A stretch of 64,000 nt of DNA, taken from assembly GCA_964346535.1 (NCBI GenBank), contig CAYFUN010000001.1:7593-71592 (forward strand), written 5' to 3'. A program made the translations under genes and the position numbers. Of the stretch, positions 46,958 to 55,381 are shown piece by piece. The notes under the pieces were generated by a model. It saw only the letters and a program-made list of their open reading frames with translations. It did no database searches and was not told the origin of the DNA. This stretch comes from an uncultured Peptoniphilaceae bacterium. GTDB taxonomy: Bacteria; Bacillota; Clostridia; Tissierellales; Peptoniphilaceae. Position 1 is the stretch's first letter. Each line of letters opens with the position of its first letter.

Positions 46958-48196
46958 GTGGAAAATTTTGAAAGAAAACTTGACGAGTATGCAAATTTAA
47001 TTGTATCCTTTGGAGCTAATGTACAAAAGGGCAAGCCTGTAAAAATAAAGGCACCAGTTGAAGCCATAGACTTTGTAAGATTACTGGCCAAACACGCCTA
47101 TGAAAGAGGAGTAAGTGAAGTTGTCCTTGCTTGGTCAGATGATATTCTAACCAAAGAAAAATACTTACATGCAGATGAAGAGGTTTTAAAAACCTTTCAT
47201 GACTTCAAAGTCGAAGAAATGGAATATTATTTAAAAAACGACGTTACTAATATTTCTATCTATGCTGAAGATCCAGAATTATTAAAGGACGTTGACCCTG
47301 AAAGAATAAAAATGGCAACAGCAGCTAGACAAAAGAAGACCAAACACCTAATGAAATATACTATGAACGACATGGTTTCCTGGTTGGTAGTTTCAATTCC
47401 TACACCAGGCTGGGCAGCAAAAGTTTATCCAGATCTTCCTCTTGACCAAGCTGTTGAAAAACTTTGGGACGATATTTTTACCTTCTGTAGAATAACTGGA
47501 GATGGCAAAGCCATAGAAAAATGGGAAGACCACATTGAAACCCTAAACAGAAGAGGAAAACTTTTAAATGAAAAACAATTTAAAGAATTAAGATACAAGT
47601 CTGACAACGGAACAGATTTAAAAGTTGGCCTATGCAAAAATCATATTTGGATGACTGCAGCATCTTATAACGACAATAAGGTCCGCTTTGTTCCTAATAT
47701 GCCAACAGAAGAAATCTTTACAGCTCCTGATAGAAACAAAATAAATGGCAGATTAAAATCTACTAAGCCACTTTCTTATAATGGAGTTTTAATTGATGGA
47801 ATGGATTTAACTTTTAAAGACGGCAAGGTTGTAGAATTTTCTGCAGAAAAAGGCGAGGAAGCCTTGGCCATGCTTTTAAAAATGGATGATGGAGCATCTT
47901 ATCTTGGAGAAGTTGCCCTAGTTCCATTTGATTCTCCAATTTCAAATTCAAATACAATATTTTATAATACCTTATTTGATGAAAATGCATCTTGTCACTT
48001 TGCCTTTGGTAAAGCCTATCCAACAAATGTAGTCGGAGGAGAAAAAATGTCTGATGAAGAACTACTAGCCAATGGAATTAATGACTCTGCAGTTCACGAA
48101 GACTTTATGGTTGGTTCATCATCACTTTCAATTATAGGCGTTGGAGAAGATGGAAGTGAGTTCGAAATATTTAAAAATGGAAATTTTACTTTTTAA
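46958..48196 (+). CDS. Aminopeptidase, M29 family (AmpS/PepS-like)
   Basis: KLDEYANLIVSFGANVQKGKPV N-terminus and C-terminal HFAFGKAY / VHEDFM metal-ligand motifs. GTG start. Confidence 0.85.
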   Translation: MENFERKLDEYANLIVSFGANVQKGKPVKIKAPVEAIDFVRLLAKHAYERGVSEVVLAWSDDILTKEKYLHADEEVLKTFHDFKVEEMEYYLKNDVTNISIYAEDPELLKDVDPERIKMATAARQKKTKHLMKYTMNDMVSWLVVSIPTPGWAAKVYPDLPLDQAVEKLWDDIFTFCRITGDGKAIEKWEDHIETLNRRGKLLNEKQFKELRYKSDNGTDLKVGLCKNHIWMTAASYNDNKVRFVPNMPTEEIFTAPDRNKINGRLKSTKPLSYNGVLIDGMDLTFKDGKVVEFSAEKGEEALAMLLKMDDGASYLGEVALVPFDSPISNSNTIFYNTLFDENASCHFAFGKAYPTNVVGGEKMSDEELLANGINDSAVHEDFMVGSSSLSIIGVGEDGSEFEIFKNGNFTF

Positions 48197-48214
48197 AAAT
48201 GTAATAGAAGTTAA

Positions 48215-48250
48215 CAAAAAAAGTGCTTGTACTTTACAGGCACTTTCTTT
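48215..48250. terminator. Bidirectional terminator between the convergent aminopeptidase and glutaredoxin-like genes
   Basis: 10-bp stem AAGTGCTTGT-(5 nt)-ACAGGCACTT, flanked by an A-run and a T-run. Confidence 0.75.
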
Positions 48251-48297
48251 AATGTGGGGACGTTCTATCTGAGCTTTATTAATTTAAAAAATAATTT

Positions 48298-48567
48298 TTA
48301 GTCTTTTAATATTTTAAAATCTTCAATTTCATAGGGATCATAATAATTTTCTCCATCAACTACAATAGTTGGAATACCAACCATATTTTCTTTTCTTATT
48401 TGATTAAAATACGGATCAGTATCTCTTAGTTTCAAAAATTCTTTTAATTCAGCCATGGAGTTAGTAATGTTTACTTTTCTATATGCTATATTTTCCTCCT
48501 CTAATCTTTTAACAATTGGCGGACAATCTGGACATAGTGGCGACATAAATAAAACTATTTCTTTCAT
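48298..48567 (-). CDS. Glutaredoxin/thioredoxin-fold protein (CPDC active site)
   Basis: LFMSPLCPDCPP near the N-terminus and cis-Pro region GIPTIVVDGE. Confidence 0.65.
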   Translation of the reverse strand: MKEIVLFMSPLCPDCPPIVKRLEEENIAYRKVNITNSMAELKEFLKLRDTDPYFNQIRKENMVGIPTIVVDGENYYDPYEIEDFKILKD

Positions 48568-48659
48568 AAGTCTTCTCCTTCTCTAATATTCTTTTTGTCT
48601 TAACTATATTTTCATTCTCTATATAGCCATTTTATGTTATTATTATTCTAGGAGGGCCC

Positions 48660-48908
48660 ATGAATTATATTTTTTTATTTTTATTAATCTTAGCTATTTT
48701 TAGTGCTTTGGGAAAAATTTTTAAATTATCTTTAAAGCTTATGGCTAAGTTATTTTTAAATGCTATTGGCGGTTTTATTTTATTATATATTTTAAATTAC
48801 TTTGGAAGTTTTATAGGATTAAATATAGAAATAAATATTTTTTCAACTATTTTTGTTGGAATATTTGGAATTTTTGGAATTATAGTTTTATTAATTTTAG
48901 GTAGGTGA
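48660..48908 (+). CDS. BofA-family small membrane protein (pro-sigmaK processing inhibitor family)
   Basis: By-eye alignment with B. subtilis BofA: KLFLNAIGGFILLYILNYFGSFIGLNIEINIFSTIFVGIFGIFGI ~ KFVAGALLLVCVNMFGGSFGLHVPINLVTTAISGILGIPGI. Confidence 0.65.
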   Translation: MNYIFLFLLILAIFSALGKIFKLSLKLMAKLFLNAIGGFILLYILNYFGSFIGLNIEINIFSTIFVGIFGIFGIIVLLILGR

Positions 48909-48912
48909 TTAG

Positions 48913-49392
48913 ATGAAAGACAAGAAGCAAATTAAAATTTTACAATTTATATTAGTAGTTTTAGGTCTAGCAATGCTATATGCAGCTATAGCAATTTTGC
49001 CCCAGCTAGTAGATTTTTCTATTGAAACATACAGGGAGATTGCCTACCTAGCGAAACCTGTAAATATTTTAGTTTTAATTTCTGCCTTGCCATTTTTTGT
49101 GGTCTTAATAGAATCTTTTATCTTGACAACTTATATTCTATCAGATGATATCTATACAGCTAAGCCACTAAAATCATTAAATATTGTAGCTATTTCAAGT
49201 ATTACAATTTTGTTCTTATTTATTGTCATTAGCATATTATTTTTATCTAATGATTATTTTACACCCTTACTGGCAGTTATTCTTTTTTTAGTTATTATTT
49301 CATCTTTAGTTATAGCAGTTTTTTCTAGAATTTTATTTATTTTAGTTAAAAAGGCAACTATTCTCAAAGAAGATAATGACCTAACAATATGA
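48913..49392 (+). CDS. Four-TM membrane protein, DUF2975-like
   Basis: Four hydrophobic segments in about 160 aa. Sits immediately upstream of a YozG-type HTH gene, the usual DUF2975 context. Called mainly on context. Confidence 0.5.
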   Translation: MKDKKQIKILQFILVVLGLAMLYAAIAILPQLVDFSIETYREIAYLAKPVNILVLISALPFFVVLIESFILTTYILSDDIYTAKPLKSLNIVAISSITILFLFIVISILFLSNDYFTPLLAVILFLVIISSLVIAVFSRILFILVKKATILKEDNDLTI

Positions 49393-49402
49393 GGTGGCCA
49401 AA

Positions 49403-49618
49403 TTGATTATTGTTAATTTAGATGAGATGCTAGAAAAGAGAAATATGACTGTAACAGAATTAAGCGAAAGAGTAGGAATCACTATGGCAAATATTTCTAT
49501 TTTAAAAAACAACAAGGCCAAAGCCATTAGGTTTACAACCTTAGAGGCTATATGCAAGGTCCTTGAATGCCAGCCAGGTGATATTTTAGAATTTTTAGAT
49601 GATGATGAGGAGGAATAG
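49403..49618 (+). CDS. Small HTH transcriptional regulator (YozG/COG3655-like, Cro/C1 type)
   Basis: IIVNLDEMLEKRNMTVTELSERVGITMANISILKNNKAKAIRFTTLEAICKVLECQPGDILEF matches the family pattern. I prefer TTG 49403 (GAGGTGG SD); GTG 49394 is the alternative. Confidence 0.8.
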   Translation: MIIVNLDEMLEKRNMTVTELSERVGITMANISILKNNKAKAIRFTTLEAICKVLECQPGDILEFLDDDEEE

Positions 49619-49621
49619 ACT

Positions 49622-50371
49622 ATGAAAATAATATTTTTATGTATAATGGGTTTTGTTGCAGCAATTGTCGATGCTATTGCAGGTGGAAGTGGTCTAATAA
49701 CTATACCTGCCTATATGATTGCAGGACTTGATCCTCACGTCTTATTAGGAACAAATAAATTTGCATCAGTTGCTGGCACATCAATGTCAACTTATACCTA
49801 TGCAAGGTCTGACAAAATTGATTGGTCTTTAATGTTAAAGCTGGCTCCATTTTCTTTAATAGGGGCAAGTTTAGGCGTATATACTGTTTTAAAAGTTGAT
49901 TCAACTATTTTAGAGCCAATTATTTTAGTTATTTTAATTCTTGTAGGAATTTATACAATGATGAAAAAAGATATTGGCCTTATTAATAATTACCAGGGTT
50001 TTGATTCAACTAGTTTAAAAAAAGGAATTATTGTAGCCTTAGTCTTAGGATTTTATGATGGATTTTTTGGACCAGGAACTGGAACCTTTATTATTTTTTC
50101 CCTAATAAAAGTCTTTGGCTTTTCTTTTGTAATGGCCAGTGCCAATTCTAAGGTTTTAAATTTGTCATCTAACTTTATGAGTTTGATTTTATTTGCAATA
50201 AATAAAAAAATAAACTACTCTATAGGAATACCTGTTGCTATTTCTATGATGCTTGGAGCCTTTGTTGGTTCAAGGCTAGTTGTAGACAAGGGAGATAAGT
50301 TTGTAAAACCAATTTTTATTATTATGGCCCTAGCAGCAGCAGTGAAAGTATTATATGGGATGGTATTTTAA
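49622..50371 (+). CDS. TauE/SafE family anion (sulfite-type) exporter
   Basis: About 8 TM segments with the duplicated GGSGLI / GPGTGTF motif pattern of the TauE family. Confidence 0.75.
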   Translation: MKIIFLCIMGFVAAIVDAIAGGSGLITIPAYMIAGLDPHVLLGTNKFASVAGTSMSTYTYARSDKIDWSLMLKLAPFSLIGASLGVYTVLKVDSTILEPIILVILILVGIYTMMKKDIGLINNYQGFDSTSLKKGIIVALVLGFYDGFFGPGTGTFIIFSLIKVFGFSFVMASANSKVLNLSSNFMSLILFAINKKINYSIGIPVAISMMLGAFVGSRLVVDKGDKFVKPIFIIMALAAAVKVLYGMVF

Positions 50372-50375
50372 TTTT

Positions 50376-51470
50376 ATGAAAAGAATTATTTTAATTTTAC
50401 TTTGTGCTTTGACTTTAACATCTTGCCAAGAAAAGGAAGTAATCCAGGATAAGTATACCTATAACTTTTTTGGCACTTTTGATACAGTAGTTTATACAGT
50501 TATGTATGCAGAAAACGAAGACAAGGCCAAGGAATACAATGATTATATAGAAAAAAGATTTAACGACTTGCACAAAAAATTTGACAAGTACAACAACTAT
50601 GAAGGAATAAATAATTGCAAGACCATTAATGACCTAGCAGGCAAAGAAGCTGTAAAGGTTTCTGATGAACTTTTTGATCTTATTGAAAAATCTCTTGATT
50701 ATTATAAGAAATACTCAGACGAAGCAGACATATCACTAGGAGCTTTATTAAATGTTTGGTCTGACTATAGAGACTTAAATCAAAACTTAGACCCAAGTGA
50801 AGATATAAAAAATGAAGATCTTTTACCTACTAGGGAAGAATTAGAAAAAGCTAATTCTTTTACAGGTATCAGCCACATCCAACTTGATTCAAAAAATAAA
50901 ACAGTCTATATAGACAATGAAAACACACAAATAGACCTAGGTGCTATTGCCAAAGGCTATGCAGTTGAACTAGTTTGCAAGGAAGTAGAAGAGCTTGGTT
51001 GTGACTCACTATTAATTAGTGCTGGCGGCAATGTAAAGTCTATTGGCCACCCTAATGATGGAATTAGAGCTAGATGGGGAGTGGGAATTCAAAATCCAGA
51101 CATATTATTTCCTAAAGAAGGAGAATCTAATATACTTGAGACCATATTTGTATCTGGGCAAAGTGTTGTTACCAGTGGTGACTACCAAAGATATTTTGTA
51201 GTAGATGGAAAAGTTTACCATCATTTAATTGACAAGGATACCCTATACCCTGGAGATTATTTTAGGGCAGTAACTGTTGTAACAGAAGACTCGGCTTTGG
51301 CAGACTTTTTATCTACAGTAATTTATTTAATGCCATATGAAGAGGGCAGGGCCTTGGTAGATAATAATAAAAATGTTGATGCTCTTTGGATAATGAAAGA
51401 TGGATCAGTTGTAGCCAGTGATGGAATGAAGGCCATTATGCTTTCAGAAGGGGCAACAGGTGCGAAATAG
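50376..51470 (+). CDS. apbE: FAD:protein FMN transferase ApbE, lipoprotein
   Basis: Lipobox LTLTSC after a signal peptide. ApbE motifs GAIAKGYA and SGDYQRYF. Start moved to ATG 50376. Confidence 0.85.
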   Translation: MKRIILILLCALTLTSCQEKEVIQDKYTYNFFGTFDTVVYTVMYAENEDKAKEYNDYIEKRFNDLHKKFDKYNNYEGINNCKTINDLAGKEAVKVSDELFDLIEKSLDYYKKYSDEADISLGALLNVWSDYRDLNQNLDPSEDIKNEDLLPTREELEKANSFTGISHIQLDSKNKTVYIDNENTQIDLGAIAKGYAVELVCKEVEELGCDSLLISAGGNVKSIGHPNDGIRARWGVGIQNPDILFPKEGESNILETIFVSGQSVVTSGDYQRYFVVDGKVYHHLIDKDTLYPGDYFRAVTVVTEDSALADFLSTVIYLMPYEEGRALVDNNKNVDALWIMKDGSVVASDGMKAIMLSEGATGAK

Positions 51471-51471
51471 A

Positions 51472-51942
51472 ATGTTTAAAAACAATATAAGAGTTTTCTT
51501 TTCATATTTTTTAATTATTCTCCTAAGCTTTGTCTTATTATTTTTTCTAAATAGGCTATTTGTAAATTCATTGATTAGGTTAGATAATTTTTTGATAAAA
51601 GGATTTTTTCTTTTAATATATTTTTTACTATTTTATTTTTTAGGCAAGACAGCAAGTATAAAAGAAAATCCTAGAACTGACTTTTTTTCATTTATTTTTG
51701 TTTTTATATTTGGCCTTATTGTTTTAACTTTAGCTAGTTTATCTGGTGGTCTTGATATGGCCGACAATTTAAATATAATTATTTTACCAGCCCAAGTTTT
51801 TTTAAGCCCCTATATTTTTATTTTAACAATTATTGGCAAAAAGATTGGCTTTATAAGTTATTTAATTTTGTCCGTAATATTTTCAATTTTAATAGGATTT
51901 TCAACTAAGAGAAAAAGAGTTGTTTATAGATATAAGAGATAA
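51472..51942 (+). CDS. Hypothetical polytopic membrane protein
   Basis: Five hydrophobic segments. No family recognised. The start is uncertain (51460 GTG or 51472 ATG). Confidence 0.5.
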   Translation: MFKNNIRVFFSYFLIILLSFVLLFFLNRLFVNSLIRLDNFLIKGFFLLIYFLLFYFLGKTASIKENPRTDFFSFIFVFIFGLIVLTLASLSGGLDMADNLNIIILPAQVFLSPYIFILTIIGKKIGFISYLILSVIFSILIGFSTKRKRVVYRYKR

Positions 51943-51976
51943 AAAAATCCCAGCTTAAACTGGGATTTTATTTTTT
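51941..51976. terminator. Bidirectional terminator between convergent genes
   Basis: AAAATCCCAG-(6 nt)-CTGGGATTTT, flanked by an A-run and a T-run. Confidence 0.85.
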
Positions 51977-53159
51977 ATTCACTTGCAAAATTATCAAAAT
52001 ATCCTTGGACTAAGACAACTGGTGTGCCCTTGTCTCCAGAACCAGACATTAGGTCACATAAGGATCCTAAAAGGTCTGTTATTTGTCTAGGAGTAGTTCC
52101 TAAAGACTCTGCTCTTGAAAATAGGTCTTGGTCTTTGGCATAAATTTTTTGCTTAATCATATTAACTGCGTCTTCTCCATAAACATTTTCAAGTTCAGTA
52201 TCTGCAATGTATTTGATTTTAATTTCATTTGGAATTCCCTTTAGGCCTTCAGTATAGGCAGGGGATACAACTGGGTCAGCTAGTTCCCAAATTTTTCCTA
52301 CAGGATCTCTAAAGGCCCCGTCGCCATAAATCATAACTTCTACCTTAACTCCATAGAAGTCTAAAAATTTCTTTTGAATGGCTTCTACATATTGTTGGCC
52401 ATCTCTAGGAAATAACTTTAGTTCATTATCAGATGCTAGGTTAGATCCTAGAACTCCATATTGAGGATTATAACCAGATCCATTTACTGGATTATTTAAA
52501 ATATCATCTAGAGTATAAACTTTTTTTGCTCCAGCTTCTTCTAAAAGTCTTTTTGTTCTCTTTCTGGTGTGAATATCTGCAGCTAGTACTTGGTCTGTAT
52601 AGTCAAGGATTACTCTTGGGTCATTGGCAAAAATAATTTCTAAGTTATCTCCTCCAATGTCCTTGTACATTCTTACATAGTCTATGCCAGTAAATTCGTG
52701 GTAAACTTCTTTGCCGAAAAGATCTCTATATTCTTTTTCAGTTAAAATTCTGTCATAAGGATTTATCTTTAATTCATCTAACTTATCTAGGCTCATTAAA
52801 TGGTTACCAACTTCATCTGATGGATAACTTAGTAAGAGGGTAACTTTTTTCCCACTTTCAACAATTCCCTTTAAAATAAGTGAAAATCTATTTCTAGAAA
52901 GAATTGGGAAGACTACACCTATATGGTCATCAAACATATCGTCAATATCTTTAGCTATATCAGAAGTTGTGCAATAATTTCCTTGGGCCCTAGCAACTAG
53001 AGATTCAGTAATGCCAATAACATCTTTGTCCTTAAGCTTTAATTTTTCAGCTTCAGCTGCTAATGAAACTGAGTGAAAAACAATATCAACAACATTGTCT
53101 CCTTCTCTAACTATAGGAGTTCTTATACCTCTTGCAACAGTTCCTTGAGTTCTACTCAT
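51975..53159 (-). CDS. CofE-like protein (F420-0:gamma-glutamyl ligase fold, long form of about 394 aa)
   Basis: By-eye alignment to archaeal CofE: PIVREGDNVVDIV...VIGITESLVARAQG ~ PLIKEGDDLAELI...VLVVCSTVISKAEG; C-terminal LMSGSGDKGTPVVLVQGY ~ LMGEGGDGIPAVVVRGL. Contains a central insertion of about 150 aa. Confidence 0.65.
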   Translation of the reverse strand: MSRTQGTVARGIRTPIVREGDNVVDIVFHSVSLAAEAEKLKLKDKDVIGITESLVARAQGNYCTTSDIAKDIDDMFDDHIGVVFPILSRNRFSLILKGIVESGKKVTLLLSYPSDEVGNHLMSLDKLDELKINPYDRILTEKEYRDLFGKEVYHEFTGIDYVRMYKDIGGDNLEIIFANDPRVILDYTDQVLAADIHTRKRTKRLLEEAGAKKVYTLDDILNNPVNGSGYNPQYGVLGSNLASDNELKLFPRDGQQYVEAIQKKFLDFYGVKVEVMIYGDGAFRDPVGKIWELADPVVSPAYTEGLKGIPNEIKIKYIADTELENVYGEDAVNMIKQKIYAKDQDLFSRAESLGTTPRQITDLLGSLCDLMSGSGDKGTPVVLVQGYFDNFASE

Positions 53160-53161
53160 AA

Positions 53162-53731
53162 TTATTTCCTTTCTTTTGTTCTCACATCTGTTATAATTTC
53201 ATCTAAACTAACATCGTGAGGTTCAAAATCAACATGTTCAACTAATTGAAAATCAAAACATATTCCAATTTTTTTAGCGGCTACACCTTCTTGACTTAAA
53301 AACTTGTCATAATAGCCACCGCCATAACCAATTCTATAAAAATTTTCTCCAAAAATCAATCCTGGCACTAAAACTAAATCTAATATTTTTGGATTCACAA
53401 CATTAATTTTATCAACAGGTTGGGCAAGAATATTATAATAACCTAGTTCTAAATCGTCAAATGAATTTAATTTGCTGGCATACATTATATTTTTTTCTTC
53501 ATCTATAAAGGGAATATAAATATTTTTACCTGATGAAATTGAATTTTTGATGAAATCATGGGTAAATAATTCTGTTCCAAAACTTACAAAGACAAAAATA
53601 TTTTCAGAATTTTTATAGTCCTCGCTAGCTATAAGCTTTGCAAGAACTTGCTTAGACAGTTCTTTTCTCTTTTTCACATCCAAGGACTTTCTTTTTTCTT
53701 TCATTTCTTTTCTTAACACATTCTTATTCAT
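53162..53731 (-). CDS. 5-formyltetrahydrofolate cyclo-ligase
   Basis: N-terminal LRKEMKEKRKSL and C-terminal VPGLIF...RIGYGGGYYDKFL motifs. Confidence 0.9.
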   Translation of the reverse strand: MNKNVLRKEMKEKRKSLDVKKRKELSKQVLAKLIASEDYKNSENIFVFVSFGTELFTHDFIKNSISSGKNIYIPFIDEEKNIMYASKLNSFDDLELGYYNILAQPVDKINVVNPKILDLVLVPGLIFGENFYRIGYGGGYYDKFLSQEGVAAKKIGICFDFQLVEHVDFEPHDVSLDEIITDVRTKERK

Positions 53732-53804
53732 TTATTATCACCACTTTAAATTTTGCCTATATTATACTATAATATTGAGTGGATGACTAATATGAAGGGA
53801 AATT

Positions 53805-54491
53805 ATGATTAGATTAGAAAATGTTTTAAAAAAATATGACAATGGTGTCATAGCCTTAAACAATATAAATTTAAATATAAAGCTTGGAGAGTTTGTATTT
53901 TTAATTGGCCCAAGTGGAGCAGGGAAGTCAACACTCTTAAAGCTTTTGTCAAATGAAGAACTACCAACTAAGGGCAGCATTTTTATTGACAATGTAAATA
54001 TAACTAAACTTTCCAGAAGGCAGGTACCATTTCACAGAAGAAAACTAGGCATAGTCTTTCAAGACTTTAAATTACTAGCCAATAAAACTGTTTATGAAAA
54101 TGTGGCCTACGCTTTAGAAATTGTTGGAGCCAGTGGAGCTGATATAAAAAGACAAGTTCCAAATGTCTTAGCCTTAGTAAACTTATATGACAGGGCTAAG
54201 TCTTATCCAAATCAACTATCAGGTGGCGAACTTCAAAGGGTTGCTATAGCAAGAGCAGTTGTAAATAAACCACAACTTTTATTAGCAGATGAACCTACAG
54301 GAAATCTAGACGAAGATACTGCCTACGAAATTATGGAAATACTTGACAACATTAACAAAAATGGGACAACAGTTCTTATGGCAACCCATGCAAAAAATAT
54401 TGTTGACCAATATCAAAAAAGAGTTATAAGAATTGATAATGGCGTTATAGCAAGAGATGATGTAGGAGGCTACTATTATGAGGAGCCTTAG
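53805..54491 (+). CDS. ftsE: Cell division ATP-binding protein FtsE
   Basis: Walker A GPSGAGKST, ABC signature LSGGELQRVAIARA, Walker B LLLADEPTGNLD. ftsX lies downstream. Confidence 0.92.
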   Translation: MIRLENVLKKYDNGVIALNNINLNIKLGEFVFLIGPSGAGKSTLLKLLSNEELPTKGSIFIDNVNITKLSRRQVPFHRRKLGIVFQDFKLLANKTVYENVAYALEIVGASGADIKRQVPNVLALVNLYDRAKSYPNQLSGGELQRVAIARAVVNKPQLLLADEPTGNLDEDTAYEIMEILDNINKNGTTVLMATHAKNIVDQYQKRVIRIDNGVIARDDVGGYYYEEP

Positions 54492-55377
54492 ATCATTTAA
54501 GTCAATGCTAGTTAACGGCTTTACAAGTATTTGGAGAAATAAGGCTATGGGCTTTATTTCTATTTTGACTATTTTTGCCGTAATGTTAATTATGGGAATC
54601 TTGCTATTAGGTGTTTTAAATATTAACAACTATGTCAACAACATTAACCAAAGCTTAGACAAGATAGTTGTTTACTTTAACGATGATGCCAGTTTTAAAC
54701 AAATTGATAACTTAATGGAAAAGCTTAGCAAGAGAGAAGAGGTAAAAGAAATTGTTTATATTTCTAAAGACCAAGCCATGGTTGATGCCAAGGAAATGTT
54801 TAAAGACAAGGGCTTTGTTTTGAATGGCATTGAAAAAAATCCTCTTCCATCATCAATGGAAATAAAAGTATCTGACATTGCCTATGCAGAAGAGCTAGTT
54901 AAAGAACTTGAAAATAATAAGCTAGTTGAAGACAGTAGATATTTTCAAGATTGGATTAACAGGTTTATTAAAATAGACAGGGCTATAAAAATCGGATCCT
55001 TTGTAAGTTTTATAATAATTGTTAGCTTATGTGTTTTTGTAATATCAAATATTATTAAAGTTGCAATTTCATCTAGGGGAACTGAGATTGAAATTATGAA
55101 AATAGTTGGAGCAAGTGAATCTTATATAAAGGGCCCATTTATTATGGAGGGACTTTTCTATTCGTTACTAGGAGCAGTTCTTGCTTTACTTGCTATTTTT
55201 AAACTTTATGAAATGTTTATTGGCCAATATGGGACTAGTATTTATGAATATCTGTCTTTTACTTTAGTAGACATGGCAGATATAAAAAGTGATTTAATCA
55301 GCATATTTATTGCAATTTCACTTGGTATTGGAACAATTGGAAGTATAGCTTCCCTAAGAAAATATTTAAAGGTGTAA
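54478..55377 (+). CDS. ftsX: Cell division permease-like protein FtsX
   Basis: TM1, large extracellular loop, then three C-terminal TM segments with EIEIMKIVGAS. Overlaps ftsE by 14 nt. Confidence 0.9.
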   Translation: MRSLRSFKSMLVNGFTSIWRNKAMGFISILTIFAVMLIMGILLLGVLNINNYVNNINQSLDKIVVYFNDDASFKQIDNLMEKLSKREEVKEIVYISKDQAMVDAKEMFKDKGFVLNGIEKNPLPSSMEIKVSDIAYAEELVKELENNKLVEDSRYFQDWINRFIKIDRAIKIGSFVSFIIIVSLCVFVISNIIKVAISSRGTEIEIMKIVGASESYIKGPFIMEGLFYSLLGAVLALLAIFKLYEMFIGQYGTSIYEYLSFTLVDMADIKSDLISIFIAISLGIGTIGSIASLRKYLKV

Positions 55378-55381
55378 ATTT

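Noticed and set aside
48660-48908. Using the BofA-family gene as evidence that the organism sporulates.
   Set aside because: A single small membrane protein family is not diagnostic. No spoIVF, sigK, spo0B or other sporulation genes occur in their usual syntenic slots in this window (upstream of rplU, or between rpmA and obg).
48913-49618. DUF2975-like plus HTH pair read as a toxin-antitoxin module.
   Set aside because: The upstream partner is a 4-TM membrane protein with no toxin fold that I can recognise. This pairing is better known as a membrane-protein/regulator module of unknown function.
53762-53992. 76-aa minus-strand ORF overlapping the ftsE start.
   Set aside because: It is antisense to the FtsE Walker A region, so it is a spurious ORF.
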